From Candidatus Eiseniibacteriota bacterium (GTDB lineage: Bacteria; Eisenbacteria; RBG-16-71-46; SZUA-252), in the NCBI GenBank assembly GCA_046716305.1, contig JBKJXM010000380.1:1-28734 (forward strand): 28,734 nucleotides of DNA, written 5' to 3'. A program made the position numbers and the translations under genes. The notes under the pieces were generated by a model. The model searched no databases. It was not told the DNA's origin and saw only the letters and a list, made by a program, of their open reading frames with translations. Position 1 is the first letter of the stretch, and each line of letters begins with the position of its first letter. Of this stretch, positions 17,750 through 28,734 are shown one piece after another.

Positions 17750-19294
17750 TTGCCGCTCGCGCGGCGCACACCGGCGCGGACTCCGCGTCACCGGCGGCGC
17801 TGGGCCCTGCTCCATCCAGCGCGGTTTCTCCTTGCCCTTCTCGCCGCCGCGCCCCTCATGGTCGCACCGCCCGCGCTTGCCGAAGACCGCGCCACTCCTG
17901 TCGCCGGCGCCTTCGTCTATCCCGTGGGAGATGAGCTCGACTTCACCCTGCCCCACCGGGGCGAGGCCAACGGGTTCCACGTCTCCGACTCCTACCTGGT
18001 ACGCCGCGGGAAGCGCGGCCAGCGCGCTCACAAGGGGGTGGACCTGACGAATGGCACCGGCGGCGCTCCCGTCCGCTCCGTCGCCTCCGGGGTGGTCGTC
18101 GTCTCCGACGCCCGGGCGATGATCAAGGTGCGCCGGGCGCACCAGGTCAAGGTGGCTCAGCTCGTGAACCAGAAGCGCGTCTACAAGACCGTCACCCGCT
18201 ACAAGTGGGTGTACAAGTGGCGCACGGGATGGGGAAACTACGTCGTGATCCGCCATGTGCTTCCTTACGGCGAGACGGTGCACTCCCTCTACGGCCATCT
18301 GAAGCCGCGCTCGGTCCTCGTGAAGAAGGGAGATGTGGTCGCGGCCGGACAGACGATCGCCCAGGTCGGGAAGACCGGGCGCGCCACCTCGCCGCATCTC
18401 CATTTCGAGATCCGGAAATCGTTCGCGACGGCGGACGGCGAAGAGGCGGACACCGAGGGCGCCGACGAGCCAACCGTGGAAGATCGCACCTTCGCGCTCC
18501 TGGCCACGGTGGATCCGGTCTCCTTCCTGAGCCGGCACGTGCGCCGGTTCGACGACCTGGACCCGCGGGGCTGGCAGGCGCCGTACGCCCTCGCGGCATG
18601 CCGCGACGGCATCGTGCGGGGCGACGAGGATGAGTTCGAACCCGACGATTCGATCACCCGCTCCGATTTCTATGCGGCGCTCGTCCTGGCGTTCCGGCTG
18701 AACGACTCCCGGACCCGCCCTTCCTTCGTGGGGCTTCAGTCCGTTCTCGCCGGGGCCGGGGTGCTCCCCTCGGAAGAGGGGGAAGCGGGCGACCATCTGA
18801 GCCGCAAGGAAGCCCTCGCGATTCTCCTTCGCTGCCTGGAGAAGTCGGCCGCCTACGGCCAGAACCTCGCCTCCTTCGACCGGGAGCGGCTCTGCGGCGA
18901 CTTCAACCGGGTCTTCGCGAGCCCCGAGGCGGCGGCGCGGGCTGACCGTGAAGCGCGCGAGGCAGCGATGGCCGAGACCGCCGCGAAGCGGAAGGCGGCC
19001 GAGGCGGAATACGCCCGGGCCATCCGCGCCGCGTCCACCTCGGCCAAAGTGACCTCAGCCCCCGGCGCTACCGGGGTTGCGGTGACGAAGAAGCGGATCA
19101 AGCGCCGAGTGATCAAGGCGGTGGCGCCGGTTCCGCGCCTGGATCCTGGCTTCGAGGCGCTCTCGCGCTCCGACCGAAGCCTCACGCGTGCCGAAGCCTG
19201 CCTCCTCCTCGCGTCCGCGTTCCGCATCGGCCACGAGCGCACCTCCGCGCTCCAGCGCGCGGCGGCCCGCGTGGCCACCGCATCCTCGGGGTAA
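17750..19294 (+). CDS. M23 (LytM-like) metallopeptidase with C-terminal SLH-like repeats
   Basis: HxxxD (HKGVD), 'GWGNYVVIRH...SLYGHL' and HxH (PHLHFEI). SLH-like 'FDDLDPRGW...GIVRGDEDEFEPDDSITRSDF', 'LSRKEALAIL' and 'LTRAEACLLL'. TTG start 2 nt after the S11 stop. Confidence 0.9.
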   Translation: MPLARRTPARTPRHRRRWALLHPARFLLALLAAAPLMVAPPALAEDRATPVAGAFVYPVGDELDFTLPHRGEANGFHVSDSYLVRRGKRGQRAHKGVDLTNGTGGAPVRSVASGVVVVSDARAMIKVRRAHQVKVAQLVNQKRVYKTVTRYKWVYKWRTGWGNYVVIRHVLPYGETVHSLYGHLKPRSVLVKKGDVVAAGQTIAQVGKTGRATSPHLHFEIRKSFATADGEEADTEGADEPTVEDRTFALLATVDPVSFLSRHVRRFDDLDPRGWQAPYALAACRDGIVRGDEDEFEPDDSITRSDFYAALVLAFRLNDSRTRPSFVGLQSVLAGAGVLPSEEGEAGDHLSRKEALAILLRCLEKSAAYGQNLASFDRERLCGDFNRVFASPEAAARADREAREAAMAETAAKRKAAEAEYARAIRAASTSAKVTSAPGATGVAVTKKRIKRRVIKAVAPVPRLDPGFEALSRSDRSLTRAEACLLLASAFRIGHERTSALQRAAARVATASSG

Positions 19295-19349
19295 CTCTCC
19301 GCGGGCGATCGGGCTGGCGCCCGCCCCGCTTCACTGTCATCTTCCCGTA

Positions 19350-20705
19350 GTGAGCAGGCCGCCGGTCACTCCTCCGCGGCCCACGCTGGAACGGGCCCAC
19401 GGACTCTACGTCTGGGATACAGCCGGGCGCCGCTATCTCGACGCCACTTCCGGCGCCTTCTGCATGCAGCTCGGCTACACCCGCCCCGACCTTGTCGCCG
19501 CCATGGCCGAGACCGCGGCCCGCCTCCCGCACGCGCGTCCCTCGGCGTTCGACTCCCCCGAAGCGGAGGGCTATCGCGAGGCGCTCCTCCGTGCCGCGGG
19601 CCCGCCCTTCACCCGCGCCCTCCTCACCTCGTCGGGCAGTGAAGCGGTGGAGGTGGCGATCAAGGCGGCGTGGTGGTTTCAGCGCGCGCGCGGCGCCCCC
19701 CAGCGGCGGGAAATCCTGTCCCTCGCGGGCCACTACCACGGCGCGACGCTCGCGGCGCTGGACGCGACGGGCTACGCCCCGCGCCGCGCCCCGTTCGCCG
19801 GCCTCCTGGGGGAGCGCGCCTTCGGACCCGCGGCCTTCTGCGTTCAATGCCTCCGGGGACTCCCGCATCCGTCCTGCGACCTCTCGTGCGCCGACGCGGC
19901 GCTGGAGAAGGCGGACCAGGCGGCGGCGTTCCTCTGCGAGACCATCCCCGCGGCCGGGCTCGCCGCCCCCGTGCCGCCGCGCGGCTGGATGGCCCGGATC
20001 CGCGAGCGCTGCGACGCGGCGGGAGCGCTCTGGATCGCGGATGAAGTGCTCACGGGATTTGGGCGGACGGGCTCCCTGTTCGCGTGGCCCAGGATCGAGG
20101 AGCGCGACGGCGCGAAGTCCGCGCCCGATCTGGTCGTCTTCGGAAAGGGGGCGAGCGCCGGCTTTTACCCTCTCGCCGGCGTCCTGGTATCGGAGCGCGT
20201 CGCGGCCGCTTTGGAGGACGAGGAAGGCGGCGTGTTCCACCACGCCCAGTCGTTCGGGGGCAATCCCGTCGCGTGCGCCGTCGGCAAGAAGGCGCTCCAG
20301 GCCTATGAAGAGGAGGGCGTCTTCGAGCGCGTCCGTCGCGCGGAAGCGGAGGCGCGCCGCGCGCTGGAGCCGCTCCTCCAGAACGAGTCCGTTCTCGACG
20401 TGCGGGGGATGGGCTTTCTCTGGGGGGTGGAGCTGGCGGCGCCCGGAGAGGGACGCCCCTCCTTCCCTCGCGCCCGGAGCGTCGCCGAAAAGGTCGTCAA
20501 TGGATGTCGCGCGCGGGGGATCCTGGTCCACGCGGCCACGGGCTTCAACGCGGACGGTAGCGGCGACGCCATCCTGATCGCGCCGCCCCTGATCGCGGAG
20601 CCCGAGGCGCTGAACACGATCGCGGAGGCGCTGACGGAGGCAGTTGACGTGTTGCTGCCGCGCGGTGACAAGCGGTCTTGGGTTGAGGAATGGGAGGACC
20701 GGTGA
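19350..20705 (+). CDS. Class III PLP-dependent aminotransferase
   Basis: 'LERAHGLYVWDTAGRRYLDATSG', SSGSEAVEVAIK, YHGAT, 'WIADEVLTGFGRTG', PLP Lys in FGKG and 'HAQSFGGNP'. Start uncertain (GTG 19350). Confidence 0.92.
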   Translation: MSRPPVTPPRPTLERAHGLYVWDTAGRRYLDATSGAFCMQLGYTRPDLVAAMAETAARLPHARPSAFDSPEAEGYREALLRAAGPPFTRALLTSSGSEAVEVAIKAAWWFQRARGAPQRREILSLAGHYHGATLAALDATGYAPRRAPFAGLLGERAFGPAAFCVQCLRGLPHPSCDLSCADAALEKADQAAAFLCETIPAAGLAAPVPPRGWMARIRERCDAAGALWIADEVLTGFGRTGSLFAWPRIEERDGAKSAPDLVVFGKGASAGFYPLAGVLVSERVAAALEDEEGGVFHHAQSFGGNPVACAVGKKALQAYEEEGVFERVRRAEAEARRALEPLLQNESVLDVRGMGFLWGVELAAPGEGRPSFPRARSVAEKVVNGCRARGILVHAATGFNADGSGDAILIAPPLIAEPEALNTIAEALTEAVDVLLPRGDKRSWVEEWEDR

Positions 20706-20805
20706 GCGCTGTGGGTCCGTTCCCATGAATCCAAACACGCCGATCCAGAGTACGCGCTGCATGGCGCGACAATGCCCCGTCCCGCTTCGAACGGGCACGC
20801 CGCTT

Positions 20806-21624
20806 GTGCGCCGCGCGGCGCAGGCATGGAGCGTACGGTGGGTTTTGGCGGTGCTGGCCGCCTGGGCGGTTGCCACCGGCTGCGCCACCGAGTCGAAGTT
20901 GTTGCGCGAGGACCCTGGCTTCAGCGCCGAGTCGCTGCGGAAGGAGGGCCTCGCCGTGCTCGGGGTCGTGCAGGTGGACGAGGTGGCTCAGGCGCGCCCG
21001 CCGCTCATCGCCGCGCTGGAGCGCGTGCTCACGGGAGCGCGAAAGGACATTCCCCTGGTGCGGGCCGAGCAGGTCCGGGCGGCGCTGCCGGACTCGGCCA
21101 CGCGCCTCTTCCTTCTCGGCTATCAGATGCGCGGAGACCCCGATTCCCTCTGGCTCGCCCGCGCGGTCTCCGCGGTGCGCCCTCTCGCGCGCTACGGGAT
21201 TCTCGCCCGCGTCGAGGCGACCTCGATCCGCTACGGCACTCGGAATATGCCGTCGAGCATCGCGACCGGCGAAGGGGGGCAGGACCTGCGCGTGACGGGG
21301 CGCGACGTCCGGGTCCAGGCCACAGTCTACGATCTGGCCACGGGCGCCATCGTCTACCGCGGCAAGTTCATCGGCGGCGCGGACGAGGCCCCCACCTTCA
21401 GGCCCCCGCCGGCAGACACGCTGAACCCCGATTCGCTCCCACCGATGCAGCCGGCTCGCGGCCCCAGCCAGACGTTCATGCCGGGGATCAACTACCCGAT
21501 TCCGGGACCCGGCGATTCTCCATACGACCTCGGCTATCCCGAAGCGCCCTCGGTCGCGCGCGCGGCGGAGAAGGCGTTCCTCATCCTGGCCCGCTCCCTC
21601 CCGGGAGGCCCGGCTCCGCCCTGA
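20806..21624 (+). CDS. Hypothetical lipoprotein
   Basis: Lipobox-like 'VLAVLAAWAVATG-C' followed by a globular alpha/beta region and a Pro-rich segment. Start uncertain: ATG 20725, ATG 20761 or GTG 20806. Confidence 0.7.
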   Translation: MRRAAQAWSVRWVLAVLAAWAVATGCATESKLLREDPGFSAESLRKEGLAVLGVVQVDEVAQARPPLIAALERVLTGARKDIPLVRAEQVRAALPDSATRLFLLGYQMRGDPDSLWLARAVSAVRPLARYGILARVEATSIRYGTRNMPSSIATGEGGQDLRVTGRDVRVQATVYDLATGAIVYRGKFIGGADEAPTFRPPPADTLNPDSLPPMQPARGPSQTFMPGINYPIPGPGDSPYDLGYPEAPSVARAAEKAFLILARSLPGGPAPP

Positions 21625-22495
21625 CGCGCCGGCGCTCGCGCCACCACTTCTGTGCCGGCCGCCACAGCTCGCTCACGATGACGCCCATCAAGATCAGCGC
21701 CGCGCCCGCCAGTTCCCGCGGCGTCATACGCTCGCTGAAGAAGGCGGCCGCGAAGAGCGCCGCGAAGATGGGCTCGGTGGCGTAGAGCACCCCCGCTTTC
21801 ACCGAAGAGGTACGGGCGAGCGCCCACGTCTGGAGCACGAGGATGATCGCCGTCGCCACGACCGACAGATAGAGGAGGGCGCCCCACGGGATATCCCGGG
21901 GGGCGACGGCAAGCCCGCCGCGCCCGGCGACGAGCGCCCAGCCGGCTACGGCCGCGACGGCCGCCTGCATCACCGTCAGCGGAATCGCGGGGTTTCGCTT
22001 CGCGAGGATGCTCGTCAGGACGATCTGAACGGCGAAGGCGGCCGCGCACCCAAGCGTCCAGAGCTCCCCGGGCCGAGCCGCGAAGCCCGCGTCGGCCGAG
22101 AAGAGGACCAAGCCCCCCACCGCCAGGACCACCCCGAGCGCCTCCCCCACCACCGGCCGGGTCCGAAGAAGCAGGAAGGCCACGAACGGAACGATCGCGA
22201 TGCTCATCGATGTGATGAAGGCGGAGCGCGAGGCCGAGACGAACTGGAGCCCGATCACCTGGGTGAGGTAGCCGGCCGCGAGCCAGGCGCCCAGCCAGAG
22301 GCCGTCCACGACCCATCGCCGGCGCGGCGGCCCCAGGCGGCGCCAGTAGACCGCGGCAAGGAGCACCGTAGCGATCGTGAAGCGGAGCGCCATCAGCTCG
22401 AAGGGGTGGAGGACCTTCATCATGTCGCGCATGAGCGCGAACGTGGTCCCCCAGACGGCGCAGACGAGGAGAAGGACCAGGTCGGCGCGCGTCAT
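21581..22495 (-). CDS. EamA/DMT family transporter
   Basis: About 10 hydrophobic segments in two repeats: 'VCAVWGTTF', 'ALRFTIA', 'GLQFVSASRSAFITS' and 'SSVKAGVLYATEPIFAALFA'. Confidence 0.93.
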   Translation of the reverse strand: MTRADLVLLLVCAVWGTTFALMRDMMKVLHPFELMALRFTIATVLLAAVYWRRLGPPRRRWVVDGLWLGAWLAAGYLTQVIGLQFVSASRSAFITSMSIAIVPFVAFLLLRTRPVVGEALGVVLAVGGLVLFSADAGFAARPGELWTLGCAAAFAVQIVLTSILAKRNPAIPLTVMQAAVAAVAGWALVAGRGGLAVAPRDIPWGALLYLSVVATAIILVLQTWALARTSSVKAGVLYATEPIFAALFAAAFFSERMTPRELAGAALILMGVIVSELWRPAQKWWRERRRVRAEPGLPGGSGPG

Positions 22496-22549
22496 GGTCT
22501 CGGCCGCGCCCGCCCCGCCGGCCCGGCCGGCCCCGCGCGCGTCATGCGC

Positions 22550-23203
22550 TCACCGCTTCTTCGCCCTCATCCCTCTCGCGTTCAACGCCTTGATCTCGAA
22601 GGCGAGGCTTTCCAGCTCGATGGAGAGATTGACCGTGCGGAGGGCGACGCTAGGGGGGACGGAGATGCGGCGGTGCGCGAAGTTCAGGATCCCGCGCATC
22701 CCGGCCGCGACCAGCCGGTCGGCCACGCTCTGCGCGGCGCGCGCCGGGACCGCGATCACGCCGATCTCCATCCCCAGGCGCGTCGCCTCGGATTCCAGGT
22801 CATCGATGTGGCGCACCTTCAGGTCGCGCCAATCCTGCCCGACCCGGTCCGCGCTCACGTCGAAGACGCCGGCGAAGTCGAACCCCTGGCGGTTGAATTC
22901 CTTATAGGAGAAAAGGGCCGAGCCCATGTTCCCGGCTCCGATCAGGGCCACCCGCCAGCGGCGGTTCAGGCCCAGGATCAGCCGGATCTCCTTCTTCAGC
23001 CGCTTGACGGCGTAGCCCAGGCCGCGCTTTCCGAAATTGCCGAAGTAGGAGAGGTCCTTTCGGACCTGGGCCGAGGTGACGCCGCTCTCGCGCGCGAGGC
23101 CCTGGGAGGATACGGTGCGGTGGCCCTCGCCCTCGAGGTCTTCGAGGACGCGGTAGTATGCGGATAGACGCCGGACGGTCGACGTCGGAATGCGAGGCTC
23201 CAG
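22550..23203 (-). CDS. rex: Redox-sensing transcriptional repressor Rex, apparently CTG-initiated
   Basis: Winged helix 'IPTSTVRRLSAYYRVL...VSSQGLA...QVRKDLSYFGNFGKRGLGY' and Rossmann 'LIGAGNMGSAL', 'GILNFA'. The track ORF captures only the C-terminal part. Confidence 0.93.
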   Translation of the reverse strand: MEPRIPTSTVRRLSAYYRVLEDLEGEGHRTVSSQGLARESGVTSAQVRKDLSYFGNFGKRGLGYAVKRLKKEIRLILGLNRRWRVALIGAGNMGSALFSYKEFNRQGFDFAGVFDVSADRVGQDWRDLKVRHIDDLESEATRLGMEIGVIAVPARAAQSVADRLVAAGMRGILNFAHRRISVPPSVALRTVNLSIELESLAFEIKALNARGMRAKKR

Positions 23204-23204
23204 C

Positions 23205-25655
23205 CTACGCCTCCTCGCCTACTTCCGCTTCTTCGACCGTCTCCTCCACCTTCGCCACGTCGATAAGCTGGTCGCCCGGCTCGAGATTCACCAGGCGCAC
23301 GCCCTGCGTGTTCCGCCCGATCTCGGAGATACCCTTCACGGGCATGCGGATCACCATCCCGCCGCGCGTGATGAGCATGACCTCGTCGTCGCCGACGACC
23401 TCGATCGCCGCCACCACGCGGCCATTCCGCTCGTTGGCCTGGATGGAGATGATCCCCTTCCCGCCGCGGCCGGTGATCCGGTACTCGCTGATCGGAGTCC
23501 GCTTCCCGTAGCCGTTCTCGGTCGCGACCAGGATCGAGGCCTCGCGGCGCACGGCGAGCACGCCGATGACGGCGTCGTCCCCCTCGATCGTCACCCCGCG
23601 CACGCCGTAGGCCGTGCGTCCCATGGGGCGAACGTCTGTTTCCTTGAAGCGGATCGCCTTGCCGTCCTTCTTGGAGAGGATGATCTCCTGCGTCCCGTCG
23701 GTCAGCACGGCGTCGATCAGCGTGTCGCCGCCGTCCACCCCGATCGCCACGATGCCGCCGCGGCGCGGGTTGGAGTAGGCGGAGAGGGGCGTCTTCTTCA
23801 CGGTGCCCTGCGCGGTGGTCATCAGGATGAAGTGCTTGTCGTCGAACAGCTTCACCGGCAGCACCGAGGCGATGCGCTCCTGCTGCGACATCTCCACCAG
23901 GTTGACGACCGCCTTCCCCTTCGCGGTCCGGCCCGCCTGCGGGATCTCGTGCACCTTGAGCCAGTACACGCGCCCCTTGTCGGTGAAGACGAGGATGTAG
24001 CTATGGGTCGAAGCGATGAAGAGGTGCTCGATGAAGTCCTCTTCGCGCGTGCCCGCGCCGGTCACTCCGCGCCCGCCGCGGCGCTGGCTCCGGTACGTGG
24101 TCACGGGGAGCCGCTTGATGTAGCCGGCGTGGCTGATCGTGATCACCATGTCTTCCTGGGCGATCAGATCCTCCACGTCGAACTCGCCCGTGGCCAACTC
24201 GATGCGGGTCCGGCGCTCGTCGCCGAAGCGCTCGCGCACACTCCCGATGTCTCCCTTGATGATCTCGAGCACCTGGGTCGGGCTATCGAGGATGCCGCGC
24301 AGGCGCGCGATGAGCTGGATGACCTCCAGGTACTCGTCCTCGACCTTCTTCCGCTCCAGCCCGGTCAGGCGCGAGAGGCGCATCTCGAGGATGGCGTTGG
24401 CCTGGAGCTCACTCAGGCTGAACGTGGCGATAAGCCCCTGCCGCGCCGCCTCCACGTTGGCGGAGGCCCTGATGAGCGCCACGATCTCGTCGATGTGGTC
24501 GAGGGCGATCTTGAAGCCCTCGAGGATGTGCGCCCGCTGCTCCGCCTCGTTCAGGTCGAAGCGCGTGCGCCGCACCACCACTTCCTGCCGGTGCGCGATG
24601 TAGTACTGGATCATCTCCTTCAGCGTCAAGGTATGCGGCCGGTTCCCGACCAGCGAGAGCATGTTGGCGCCGAAGGTGGTCTGCATCTGAGTGTGCTTGA
24701 AGAGCTGGTTCAGGATCACGCGGGGCTGGGCGTCGCGCTTCAGCTCGATGACGATGCGCATCCCCTCGCGGTCCGATTCGTCCCGAAGATCCGAGATGCC
24801 GTCCACAGTGCCGTCCTTGACCAGGTCCGCGATCTTCTCCAAGAGCGCGGACTTGCTCACCATGTAGGGGATCTCGGTGACGATGATCGCGCTCCGGTCC
24901 TTCTTCAGCTCCTCGACCGTGGCGGCCGAGCGCACCGTGATGTGGCCGCGGCCCGTGGTGTAGCAGTCGATGATCCCCTGACGCCCGTAGATGATCCCGG
25001 CGGTCGGAAAGTCGGGGCCCTGGACGAACTGGAACAGATCCTCGACGGAGCAGTCGGGATTGTCGATGACGTGGACGATGGCGTCGGCGATCTCGCGCAG
25101 GTTGTGCGGCGGTACGTTGGTCGCCATCCCCACGGCGATCCCCGATGATCCGTTCACGAGGAGATTCGGGACCGCGGACGGAAGAACGACGGGCTCCTCG
25201 CGGGACTCGTCGTAGTTCGGCCGCATGTTCACCGTGTCCTTCTCGATGTCGCGGAGCATCTCCTCCGCGAACTCGGTCAGGCGAGCCTCGGTGTACCGCT
25301 CGGCCGCGGGAGCGTCACCGTCGACCGAGCCGAAGTTCCCCTGCCCGTCCACGAGCGGATAGCGCATGGAGAACGGCTGGGCCAGGCGGACCATCGTCTC
25401 GTAGACGGCGGCGGTGCCGTGCGGGTGGTAGTTGCCGGTCACGTCGCCGGTGATCTTGGCGGACTTGCGGAAGGGTCGGTCGTGGAAGAGGTTCAGCTCC
25501 CGCATCGCGACCAGCACGCGGCGATGCACGGGCTTCAGCCCGTCCCGGACGTCGGGCAAGGCGCGCGAGACGATGACCGACATCGAGTAATCGATGTAGG
25601 AATTCCGCATCTCGTCTTCGACGTAGATCGGGATCACTCTCTCACGCGTGGCCAT
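23205..25655 (-). CDS. gyrA: DNA gyrase subunit A
   Basis: '[16 protein letters not shown]', YHPHG, catalytic Tyr in RYTEARL, GyrA-box QRRGGRG and CTD beta-pinwheel repeats. Confidence 0.98.
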   Translation of the reverse strand: MATRERVIPIYVEDEMRNSYIDYSMSVIVSRALPDVRDGLKPVHRRVLVAMRELNLFHDRPFRKSAKITGDVTGNYHPHGTAAVYETMVRLAQPFSMRYPLVDGQGNFGSVDGDAPAAERYTEARLTEFAEEMLRDIEKDTVNMRPNYDESREEPVVLPSAVPNLLVNGSSGIAVGMATNVPPHNLREIADAIVHVIDNPDCSVEDLFQFVQGPDFPTAGIIYGRQGIIDCYTTGRGHITVRSAATVEELKKDRSAIIVTEIPYMVSKSALLEKIADLVKDGTVDGISDLRDESDREGMRIVIELKRDAQPRVILNQLFKHTQMQTTFGANMLSLVGNRPHTLTLKEMIQYYIAHRQEVVVRRTRFDLNEAEQRAHILEGFKIALDHIDEIVALIRASANVEAARQGLIATFSLSELQANAILEMRLSRLTGLERKKVEDEYLEVIQLIARLRGILDSPTQVLEIIKGDIGSVRERFGDERRTRIELATGEFDVEDLIAQEDMVITISHAGYIKRLPVTTYRSQRRGGRGVTGAGTREEDFIEHLFIASTHSYILVFTDKGRVYWLKVHEIPQAGRTAKGKAVVNLVEMSQQERIASVLPVKLFDDKHFILMTTAQGTVKKTPLSAYSNPRRGGIVAIGVDGGDTLIDAVLTDGTQEIILSKKDGKAIRFKETDVRPMGRTAYGVRGVTIEGDDAVIGVLAVRREASILVATENGYGKRTPISEYRITGRGGKGIISIQANERNGRVVAAIEVVGDDEVMLITRGGMVIRMPVKGISEIGRNTQGVRLVNLEPGDQLIDVAKVEETVEEAEVGEEA

Positions 25656-25700
25656 GCGACGTTCTCTCCCTCCTGGGACCTAGAATCGAGACTGGGCGGA

Positions 25701-28028
<2,328 letters not shown>

Positions 28029-28032
<4 letters not shown>

Positions 28033-28733
28033 GCCGCCTCGACCCCCGCGCCGGCGCCCGCCAGTGCGGTGAGCGACTCGATCGGGAGCGCCACCATCCG
28101 TGCCGGCACGGCCGAAAGCGGACGGCAGGCGGTCACGATCATCTGGCTCGACTCGGGGACCAGGGCGAGAAGCGCGCCGATCCAGCGCGCGTCCAGCTCC
28201 GACTCGGGATCGTCCAGGAGAACGACCGGAGCTTCGTCGAGCCGCTCCTCCAGCACCCGCGCGAGCGCGAGCCGGAGGAGAATCGAATAGAGGCGCGAGT
28301 AGCCGCGCGAAGCCCCTTCGGCCAGCTCCATGCCGCCGATTTTGCAGATCAGGCGAGCACGGTGGGGGCCGTCTCCGGTCCACCCCAGGCGCTGGTCCCG
28401 GCTCCGGGACGCCGCGAGTCGCTCCGCGCGCTGCTCGACGGTCGGGATCCCGGGGGCCCCGGTCCCAGTGCCCTCGCCGCCGGAAGTCACGTACTCGAGC
28501 AGGGGCGCGAGTGCCGGATCGACGCGCGCCGACAAGTCGCGCATGACGGCGTGCAGATCGCGGGCGAGGCCCTCGCGGCGACGGTCCAGCTCCGCGCCCG
28601 CGCGGGCGAGGATCGCCTCCCACACGCCCAGCTCCTCGTCGGGCGCCCCGGCCCCGCGGTGGGCGCCGCTTAGCCCGCCCGGAAAAAGGAGCCGATTACG
28701 CTGCTTCAGCGCGGACGTGTAGTCGCGCAGAAA
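28029..28733 (-). CDS. recF: DNA replication/repair protein RecF, C-terminal part (5'-partial)
   Basis: The frame is open to the window end: 'YTSALKQRNRLL', 'GPHR', 'VVLLDDPESELD'. It lies directly upstream of dciA-gyrB. Confidence 0.9.
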
Positions 28734-28734
28734 A

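Overview
GC-rich bacterial chromosomal segment from a diderm (it encodes lipoproteins and an outer-membrane beta-barrel). It probably lies next to oriC, because the right end reads recF(partial)-dciA-gyrB-gyrA on the minus strand, followed by rex and an EamA/DMT transporter. The middle holds housekeeping and envelope genes: rlmD with an in-frame TAG just before its catalytic Cys, an M16 protease, a secreted beta-helix protein, a protease-less PDZ protein, an S11 D-Ala-D-Ala peptidase, an M23-SLH peptidase, a class III aminotransferase and a lipoprotein. The best candidate for an undescribed system is at 6.7-9.8 kb on the minus strand. A cupredoxin-like protein and an orphan sensor kinase precede a near-consensus sigma54 promoter. 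That promoter sits upstream of two tandem copies of an identical 23-aa peptide (MEALILIAIFLSFGNPDGGKAGW) that differ only by silent changes, and lon follows downstream. Other candidates are a lipoprotein with a bacteriocin-like Cys/Gly/Ala C-terminus coupled to a small membrane protein (a possible toxin-immunity pair), a riboswitch-like leader upstream of the cell-wall peptidase operon, and a CTG-initiated rex. I saw no tRNA, rRNA, CRISPR array or mobile element. All calls come from reading the sequence and recalling family motifs; no database search or folding program was run.
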